From: Anthoceros angustus
Taxonomy: Eukaryota > Plantae > Anthocerotophyta
Direction of reading: 5' to 3'
Length of the DNA: 64,000 nt
Assembly: GCA_010909165.1 (NCBI GenBank)
Contig: MU008225.1
Location: 99,440-163,439 of the forward strand
The notes beneath the pieces were generated by a model. It saw only the letters and a program-made list of their open reading frames with translations, did no database searches and was not told the DNA's origin. Positions 54,501 through 64,000 of this stretch are shown in pieces. Each line of letters starts with the position of its first letter. The first letter of the stretch is position 1. Made by a program: the position numbers and the translations under genes.

Positions 54501-57500
54501 TATGTAGGCAGCAAAAGGTACTTCAATTTCTAGGATCAGCAAATGGTGATTCAATTTCTAGGAATGAGCCGGGTTTGGGTGCCATATAGTGTGTGATGTA
54601 GGGAGGGAGGAGTTGGTTGGGTTTCATTTATTTATTCATAGGCATGGATTTTATTCATAGAGGTGTGAGGTGTGTGATGTGGGCAGGACATGGAGTTGGG
54701 TTTTGTTTTATCCATGAAGCTTTCAAAGAGGAGAGAAAAGGTGCGACCGGACTTCCGGAGGTCACCATCCCAAGATCGATCCGCCCAAGGGCGCAATCGG
54801 AGTTGATGGGATCTGGTATGGCCGCACCACGTGTACAAGGCGTCCGTGAGCAACACGTCGGCATCCGCCAACCGCCGGCCCCAGGGTCATTCTTGTGTGG
54901 CGTGTGTGTGTGGCTTTTAGGGGCCCGGTCATTCTTTGTGACTGTGTGTGTGGCTTTGTTGAGGGTGATAAAAGTGGAGGCGCAGAAATGCCTTGAAGAA
55001 AGGGTGATAAAAGTGGAGGTGGGGCAGAAATGCCTTGAATAAAGAAAGGGTGATACAAGTGGAGGGTGGAAATGCCTTGAATAAAGGGTGATAAAAGTGG
55101 AGGCAGGACATGAAATACTTTGAATAAAGGGTGATAAAAGTGGAGGGTGATTGGATTATGTAGGCAATAAACGGTGATTGGATTATAGGCAATAAATGGG
55201 TGATTGAATTATGTAGGCAAAAACAATTTCTAGGATCAGCAAATGGTGATTCAATTTCTAGGAATGAGGGTTTGGGTGCCATATAGTGTGTGATGTAGGG
55301 AGAGTAGGAGTTGGGTTTGGGTTTCATTTATTTATTCATAGGCATGGATTTTATTCATGAGGTGTGAGGTGTGTGATGTGGGCGGGGACATGGAGTTGGG
55401 TTTTGTTTTATCCATGAAGCTTCAAAGAGGAGAGAAAGGGTGCAGACCGGACTTCCGGAGGTCACCCATCCCGATCTTGATCCGCCCAAGGGCGCTTAAC
55501 TGCGGAGTTGATGGGATCCGGTATGGCCGCACCACGTGTACCAAGGCGTCCGTGAGCAACACGTCGGCATCCGCCTTGCCGGCAGCCGAGAGGTCATTCT
55601 TTTGAAGATGTGTGTGTGGTTTTGTGGGGCCGGTCATTCTGTGACGGCGTGTGTGTGGCTTTGTTGAGGTGATAAAAGTGGAGGCGGCCTTGAAGAAAGG
55701 GTGATAAAAGTGGATGAATGCCTTGAATAAAGAAAGGGTGATACAAGTGGAGGTGGGGCAAATGCCTTGAATAAAGGGTGATACAAGTGGAGGGTGGGAA
55801 ATGCCTTGAATAAAGGGTGATAAAAGTGGAGGCAGGACATGAAATACTTTGAATAAAGGGTGATAAAAGTGGAGGGTGATTGGATTATGTAGGCAATAAC
55901 GGGTGATTGGATTATGTAGGCAATAAATGGGTGATTGAATTATGTAGGCAGCAAAAGGTACTTCAATTCTCTAGGATCAGCAAATGGTGATTCAATTCTC
56001 TAGGAATGAGCTGGGTTTGGTGCCATATAATGTGTGATGTAGGGAGGAAGTAGGAGTTGGGTTTGGGTTTCATTTTATTTATTCAAGGCATGGATTTTAT
56101 TCATAGAGGTGTGAGGTGTGTGATGTAAGGACATGGAGTTGGGTTTTGTTTTATCCATGAAGCTTTCAAGAGAGAAAGGGTGCAGACCGGACTTCCGGAG
56201 GTCACCCTCAATCGATCCGCCCAAGGGCGCAATCACTCGAGTTGATGGGATCCGGTATGGCCGCACCACGTGTACCAAGGCACGAGCAACACGTCGGCAT
56301 CCGCCTTGGCAGCCCTCCGAGGGTCATTCTGACGGCGTGTGTGTGTGACGCTTGTGGGGCCGGTCATTCACGGCGTGTGTGTGTGGCTTTGTTGAGGGTG
56401 ATAAAAGTGGAGGAGAAATGCCTTGAAGAAAGGGTGATAAAAGTGGGTGGGGCAGAAATGCCTTGAATAAAGAAAGGTGACCGGACTTCGGGAGGTCACC
56501 CATCCCAAGATCGATCCGCCCAAGGGCGCTTAACTGCGGAGTTCGATGGGATCCGGTATGGCCGCACCACGTGTACCAAGGCGTCCACGTGGAGCAACAC
56601 GTCTTGGCATCCGCCTTGGCAGCTGACCAGACCCCAGGGTCATTCTTTGACGGCGTGTGTGTGTGACGTTTTGTGGGGCCCTCATTCTTTGTGGCCAGGC
56701 GTGTGTGGCGTTTGTTGAGGGTGATAAAAGTGGGCGCGGTGCCTTGAAGAAAGGGTGATAAAAGTGGAGGCGGTGAAATGCCTTGAATAAAGAAAGGGTG
56801 ATAAAAGTGGAGGGTGGGGCGAAATGCCTTGAATAAAGGGTGATAAAAGTGGAGGCGACATGAAATACTTTGAATAAAGGTGATAAAAGTGGAGGGTGAT
56901 TGGATTATGTAGGCAATAAACGATTGGATTATGTAGGCAATAAATGGGTGATTGAATTATGTAGCAAAAGGTACTTCAATTCTCTAGGATCAAAAATGGT
57001 GATTCAATTCTCTAGGAATGAGGGTTTGGGTGCCATATAGTGTGTGTGATGTAGGGAGGAAGTAGGAGTTGGGTTTGGGTTTCATTTTATTTATTCATAG
57101 GCATGGATTTTATTCATAGAGGTGTGATGTGGGCGGGGACATGGGAGTTGGGTTTTGTTTTATCCATGAAGCTTTCAAAGAGGAGAGAAAAGTTACTCGG
57201 ACTTCGGAGGTCAATCTTGATCCGCCCAAGGGCGCTTAACTGCGGAGTTCGATGGGATCCGGTATGGCCGCACCACGTGTACCAAGGGCGCCCACGTGAG
57301 CAACACGTCCGGCATCCGCCTTGGCCGGCAGCCTGCCCCGAGGGGTCATTCTTGTGACGGTGTGTGTGTGACGTTTTGTGGGGCCCGGGTCATTCTTTGT
57401 GACGTGTGTGGCTTTGTGGGGCCCGGGTCATTCTTTGTGACGGCGTGTGTGTGGCTTTGTTGAGGTGATAAAAGTGGGCGAAATGCCTAAAGGGTGATAA

Positions 57501-60500
57501 AAGTGGAGGGTGGGGAAATGCCTTGAATAAAGAAAGGGTGATACAAGTGGAGGGTGGGGAAATGCCTTGAATAAAGGGTGATAAAAGTGGAGGGCGGACA
57601 TGAAATACTTTGAATAAAGGGTGATAAAAGTGGAGGGTGATTGGATTATGTAGGCAATAAACGGGTGATTGGATTATGTAGGCAATAAATGGGTGATTGA
57701 ATTATGTAGGCAGAAAGGTACTAATTTCTAGGATCAAAGAATGGTGATTCAATTCTAGGAATGAGCGGGTTTGCCATATAGTGTGTGATGTAGGGAGGAG
57801 TTGGGTTTTGTTTCATTTATTTATTCATAGCATGGATTTTATTCATAGAGGTGAGGTGTGTGATGGGCGGGGACATGGGAGTTGGGTTTTGTTTTATCCA
57901 TGAAGCTTCAAAGAGGAGAGAAATGCAGACCGGATTCCGGAGGTCACCCATCCCAAGATCGATCCGCCCAAGGGCGCTTAACTGGAGTTCGATGATCGTA
58001 TGACCGCACCACGGTACCAAGGGCGCCCACGTGAGCAACACGTGGGCATCCGCTTACGGCAGCCCCGAGGTCATTGACGCGGTGTGTGACGCTTAGGGGC
58101 CCGGGTCATTCTTTGTGACGGCGTGTGACGCTTTGTTGAGGGTGATAAAAGTGGAGGGCGCGCAGAAATGCCTTGAAGAAAGGGTGATAAAAGTGGAGGG
58201 TGGGGAAATGCCTTGAATAAAGAAAGGGTGATACAAGTGGAGGGTGGGGAAATGCCTTGAATAAAGGGTGATAAAAGTGGAGGGCAGACAAATACTTTGA
58301 ATAAAGGGTGATAAAAGTGGAGGGTGATTGGATTATGTAGGCACAAACGGGTGATTGGATTATGTAGGCAATAAATGGGTGATTGAATTATGTAGGCAAA
58401 AGGTACTTCAATTCTCTAGGATCAGCAAATGGTGATTCAATTCTCTAGAATGAGCCGGGTTTGCCATATAGTGTGATGTAGGGAAGTAGGAGTTGGGTTT
58501 GGTGCCATATAGTGTGTGTGATGGGGAGAAGTGGAGTTGGTTTGGGTTTCATTTATTTATTCATAGCATGGATATTCCAGAAATTGTGAGGTGTGTGATG
58601 TGGGCGGACATGGGAGTTGGGTTTTGTTTTATCCATGAAGCTTTCAAGAGGAGAAAGGGTGCAGACCGGACTTCGGAGGTCACCCATCCGATCGATCCGC
58701 CAAGGGCGCTTAACTGGAGTTCGATGGGATCTCGGCGACCGCACCACGTGTACCAAGGCGTCCACGTGGAGCAACACGCGGCATCCGCCCCCGGCGGCAG
58801 CCAGCTCATTCTTTGTGACGGCGTGTGTGACGCTCCGGGTCATTCTTTAATGACGTGTGTGTGACGTTTTGTTGAGGTGATAAAAGTGGAGGCGCAAATG
58901 CCTTGAAGAAAGTGATAAAAGTGGAGGGTGGGGCAAAATGCCTTGAATAAAGAAAGGGAGTGATACAAGTGGAGGTGGGGGCAAAATGCCTTGAATAAAG
59001 GGTGATAAAAGTGGAGGCAGGACATGAAATACTTTGAATAAAGGGTGATAAAAGTGGAGGTGATTGGATTATGTAGGCAATAACGGTGATTGGATTATGT
59101 AGGCAATAAATGGGTGATTGAATTATGTAGGCAAAAGGTACTTCAATTCTCTAGGATCAGCAAATGGTGATTCAATTCTCTAGAATGAGCGGTTTGGTGC
59201 CATATAGTGTGATGTAGGGAGGAAGTAGGAGTTGGGTTTGGGTTTCATTTATTTATTCATAGGCATGGATTTTATTCATAGAGGTGTGAGGGTGATGTGG
59301 GCGGGGACATGGGAGTTGGGTTTTGTTTTATCCATGAAGCTTTCAAAGAGGAGAGAGAAAAGGTGCGGCACCGGGACCGAGGTCACCCATCCGATCGATC
59401 CGCCCAAGGGCGCTTAACTGGAGTTCGATGGGATCCGTGTAGCCCAACACCCTTCCCACGTGTACCAAGGCGTCCACGTGACCAACACGTCGGCATCCGC
59501 TTTACGCCGGCAGCCCGAGGGGTCATTCTTTGTGACGTGTGTGGCGTTTGTGGGGCCCGGGTCATTCTTTGTGACGGTGTGTGTGTGTGGCTTTGTTGAG
59601 GGTGATAAAAGTGGAGGCGCGGAAATGCCTTGAAGAAAGGGTGATAAAAGTGGAGGGTGGGGAAATGCCTTGAATAAAGAAAGGGTGATACAAGTGGAGG
59701 GTGGGGCGAAATGCCTTGAATAAAGGGTGATAAAAGTGGGCGGACATGAAATACTTTGAATAAAGGGTGATAAAAGTGGAGGGTGATTGGATTATGTAGG
59801 CAATAAACGGGTGATTGGATTATGTAGGCAAATGGGTGATTGAATTATGTAGGCAGCAAAAGGTACTTCAATTTCTAGGATCAGAAATGGTGATTCACCC
59901 TAGGAATGAGCCGGGTTTGCATATAGTGTGTGATGTAGGGAGGAAGTAGGAGTTGGGTTTCATTTTATTCATAGAGGTGTGAGGTGTGTGATGTAGGAAA
60001 GCATGGATTTTATTCATAGAGGTGTGAGGTGTGATGTGGGCGGGACATGGAGTTGGGTTTTGTTTTATCCATGAAGCTTTCAAAGAGGAGAAAGGGTGCA
60101 GACCGGACTTCCGGAGGTCACCCATCCAAGATTGATCCGCCCAAGGGCGCTTAACTGCGGAGTTCTGATGGGATCCGTGTAGCCCAACACCCTTCCCACG
60201 TGTACCAAGGCGTCCACGTGACCAACACGTGCTGGCATCCATGTAGCTTGACGCCGGCTGAGGGGTCATTCTTTGTGACGTGTGTGGCTTTGTGGGGCCC
60301 GGGTCATTCTTTGTGACGGTGTGTGTGTGTGGCTTTGTTGAGGGTGATAAAAGTGGAGGCGCGGAAATGCCTTGAAGAAAGGGTGATAAAAGTGGAGGGT
60401 GGGAAATGCCTTGAATAAAGAAAGGGTGATACAAGTGGAGGGTGGGGCGAAATGCCTTGAATAAAGGGTGATAAAAGTGGGGCGGACATGAAATACTTTG

Positions 60501-63500
60501 AATAAAGGGTGATAAAAGTGGAGGGTGATTGGATTATGTAGGCAATAAACGGGTGATTGGATTATGTAGGCAATAAATGGGTGATTGAATTATGTAGGCA
60601 GAAAGGTACTTCAATTCTCTAGGATCAGCAAATGGTGATTCAATTCTCTAGGAATGAGCGGGTTTGGGTGCCATATAGTGTGTGATGTAGGGAGGAAGTA
60701 GGAGTTGGGTTTGGGTTTCATTTTATTTATTCATAGCATGGATTTTATTCATAGAATTTGAGGTGTGTGATGTGGCAGGACATGGGAGTTGGGTTTTGTT
60801 TTATCCATGAAGCTTTCAAAGAGGAGAGAAAGATGCGGCAAGGTTCCGGAGGTCACCCATCCCGATCTTGATCCGGCCCAAGGGCGCTTAATCGGAGTTC
60901 GATGGGATCCGGTATGACCGCACCACGGTACCAAGGCGTCCACGTGGAGCAACACGTCGGCATCCGCCTTGGCAGCCTGCCCCGAGGGGTCATTCTTTGA
61001 CGTGTGTGTGACGCTTTGTGGGGCCCGGGTCATTCTTTGTGACGTGTGTGTGACGCTTTGTTGAGGGTGATAAAAGTGGAGGCGCAGAAATGCCTTGAAG
61101 AAAGGGTGATAAAAGTGGAGGGTGGGGCAGGAAATGCCTTGAATAAAGAAAGGGTGATACAAGTGGAGGGTGGGGCGGGAAATGCCTTGAATAAAGGGTG
61201 ATAAAAGTGGAGGGCAGGACATGAAATACTTTGAATAAAGGGTGATAAAAGTGGAGGGGTGATTGGATTATGTAGGCAATAAACGGGTGATTGGATTATG
61301 TAGGCAATAAATGGGTGATTGAATTATGTAGGCAGCAAAAGGTACTTCAATTCTCTAGGATCAGCAAATGGTGATTCAATTCTCTAGGAATGAGCTGGGT
61401 TTGGGTGCCATAGTGTGTGTGATGTAGGGAGGAAGTAGGAGTTGGGTTTGGGTTTCATTTTATTTATTCATAGCATGGATTTTATTCATAGAGGTGTGAG
61501 GTGTGTGATGTGGGCGGACATGGGAGTTGGGTTTTGTATCCATGAAGCTTCAAAGAGGAGAGAAAGGGTGCAGCACCGGACTTCGGAGGTCTGCAATCGA
61601 TCCGCCCAAGGGCGCTTAACTGCGGAGTTCGATGGGATCCGGTGTAGTAGCCGGTATGACCGCACCACGTGTACCAAGGGTGTCCACGTGACCAACACGT
61701 GCTGGCATCTACCGCCGAGGCAGGAGGGTCATTCTTTGTGACGGCGTGTGTGTGTGACGTTTGTGGGGCCCGGGTCATTCTTTGTGACGTGTGTGTGTGG
61801 CTTGTTGAGGGTGATAAAAGTGGAGGGCGCAGAAATGCCTTGAAGAAAGGTGATAAAAGTGGAGGGTGGGGCGAAATGCCTTGAATAAAGGGTGATAAAA
61901 GTGGAGGCGGGACATGAAATACTTTGAATAAAGGGTGATAAAAGTGGAGGGTGATTGGATTATGTAGGCAATAAACGGGTGATTGGATTATGTAGGCAAT
62001 AAATGGGTGATTGAATTATGTAGGCAGCAAAAGGTACTTCAATTCTCTAGGATCAGCAAATGGTGATTCAATTTCTAGGAATGAAGGTTTGGGTGCCATA
62101 GTGTGTGATGTAGGGAGGAAGTAGGAGTTGGGTTTGGGTTTCATTTTATTTATTCATAGATGGATTTTATTCATAGAGGTGTGTGTGTGATGTGGGCAGG
62201 ACATGGGAGTTGGGTTTTGTTTTATCCATGAAGCTTCAAAGAGAGAGAAAGGGTGCAGCAGGACTTCCGGAGGTCACCCATCCCAGATCGATCCGCCCAA
62301 GGGCGCTTAACTGCGGAGTTCTGATGGGATCCGGGTAGCCCCGCGTGTACCAAGGGCGTCCACGTGGAGCAACACGTCGGCATCCGCCGGCCAGCACCGA
62401 GGGTCATTCTTTGACGGCGTGTGTGTGTGGCTTTGTGGGGCCCGGGTCATTCTTTGTGGCGTGTGTGTGTGACGCTTTGTTGAGGGTGATAAAAGTGGAG
62501 GGCGGCAGAAATGCCTTGAAGAAAGGGTGATAAAAGTGGAGGGTGGGGCAGAAATGCCTTGAATAAAGAAAGGGTGATACAAGTGGAGGGTGGGAAATGC
62601 CTTGAATAAAGGGTGATAAAAGTGGAGGGCAGGACATGAAATACTTTGAATAAAGGGTGATAAAAGTGGAGGGTGATTGGATTATGTAGGCAATAACGGG
62701 TGATTGGATTATGTAGGCAATAAATGGGTGATTGAATTATGTAGGCAGCAAAAATCAATTCTCTAGGATCAGCAAATGGTGATTCAATTCTCTAGGAATG
62801 AGCTGGGTTTGGGTGCCATATAGTGTGTGATGTAGGGAGGAAGTAGGAGTTGGGTTTGGGTTTCATTTTATTTATTCATGATGGATTTTATTCATAGAGG
62901 TGTGAGGTGTGTGATGTGGGCAGGACATGGGAGTTGGGTTTTGTTTTATCCATGAAGCTTTCAAAGAGGAGAGAAAGGGTGCAGACCGGACTTCCGGAGG
63001 TCACCCATCCATCGATCCGCCCAAGGGCGCTTAACTGCGGAGTTCGATGGGATCCGGTGTAGTAGCCCAGTGACCGCACCACGTGTACCAAGGGCGCCCA
63101 CGTGACCAACACGTGCTGGCATCCGCCTTGGCCGCCGCCAGCCCCAGTCATTCTTTGTGACACGTGTGTGTGTGACGTTTTGTGGGGCTCATTCTTTGTG
63201 GCCGCGTGTGTGTGACGCTTTGTTGAGGGTGATAAAAGTGGGCGCGAAATGCCTTGAAGAAAGTGATAAAAGTGGAGGTGGGGCGAAATGCCTTGAATAA
63301 AGAAAGGGTGATACAAGTGGAGGTGGGGCGAAATGCCTTGAATAAAGGTGATAAAAGTGGAGGCAGACATGAAATACTTTGAATAAAGTGATAAAAGTGG
63401 AGGTGATTGGATTATGTAGGCAGCAAAAGGTACTTCAATCTAGGATCAGCAAATGGTGATTCAATTCTCTAGGAATGAGTGGGTTTGGGTGCCATATAGT

Positions 63501-64000
63501 GTGTGATGTAGGAGGAAGTAGGAGTTGGGTTTGGGTTTCATTTGACATAGGCATGGATTTTATTCATAGAGGTGTGAGGTGTGTGATGTGGGACATGGGA
63601 GTTGGGTTTTGTTTTATCCATGAAGCTTTCAAGAGGAGAAAGGGTGCGACCGGACTTCCGGAGGTCACCATCCCGATCGATCCGCCCAAGGGCGCTTAAC
63701 TGCGGAGTTCGATGGGATCCTAGATGAAGCACCACGGTACGACGAATGGAGGAAAGAGGACGGCCCTCCGAAATTCCGCAGAGATCCTCGACATGATGGA
63801 CGGAGGAGTGAAGGCCCATGCCAAGAATGGGGCAGAAATGCCTTGAATAAAGGGTGATACAAGTGGAGGCGGGACATGGAGTTGGGTTTTGTTTTATCCA
63901 TGAAGCTTTCAAAGACCAACTTCCTCCGCTTTGTTGAGGGTGATACAAGTGGAGGCGGGACATGGGAGTTGGGTTTGGGTGCCATATAGTGTGTGAGGCC

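Larger units (their letters stand above)
36301..63720 (-). repeat. Tandem 5S rDNA array, ~37 copies counted by eye, period ~0.70-0.80 kb, spacer built of internal subrepeats
   Basis: Each unit contains the reverse complement of GGTGCGGTCATACC...AGTTAAGCG...GGGATGGGTGACC...GCACCCTTT plus spacer subrepeats (GGGTGATAAAAGTGGAGG, GAAATGCCTTGAATAAA, GGGTGATTGGATTATGTAGGCAATAAA, GTCATTCTTTGTGACGGCGTGTG). Confidence 0.95.

Noticed and set aside
36301-63720. CRISPR-like repeat/spacer interpretation of the short recurring motifs
   Set aside because: The intervening sequences are themselves repeated in every unit, there are no cas genes, the context is eukaryotic, and the unit contains a clear 5S rRNA.
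36325-63985. Well over a hundred short ORFs (HFYHP/STFITL/PPLLSP-rich) in the repeat region
   Set aside because: They are translations of 5S spacer subrepeats; frames shift from unit to unit with no conserved protein.

Overview
Eukaryotic land-plant nuclear sequence, most likely a hornwort or other bryophyte. This is inferred from the compact genes with ~80-150 bp introns, a PLS-PPR with a 'PGQSCW' PG-box variant, and a 118-nt 5S rRNA starting GGTGCGGTC. The window has four zones. (1) 1-6.5 kb is transposon debris: a candidate TA-flanked MITE, a decayed Sola-like DDD transposase and an LTR-like stretch. (2) 6.5-29.2 kb is a dense block of nine genes: PLS-PPR, cytochrome P450, organellar GluRS, EngB/YihA GTPase, organellar RAD52/ODB, TRAPPC11, NDK1, an intronless HPR1, and BCAT. 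(3) 29.8-36.1 kb is a rearranged zone: two diverged orphan low-complexity units, a PPR relic, a 273-bp tandem duplication and a near-identical 1.45-kb internal copy of BCAT. (4) 36.3-64 kb is a tandem 5S rDNA array on the minus strand (~37 copies, ~0.70-0.80 kb period, no 18S/5.8S/26S seen); the many short ORFs there are spurious. The most unusual signal is a ~170-bp 5S-derived element, present three times and inverted relative to the array. It keeps the Pol III internal control region at exact spacing (46/60 nt ungapped), loses the rest of the 5S, ends in a (GCCTTA) tail, and joins the same position of the 5S spacer each time. The array consensus looks like unpolished long-read sequence, so copy-level variants and junctions need read-level checking.
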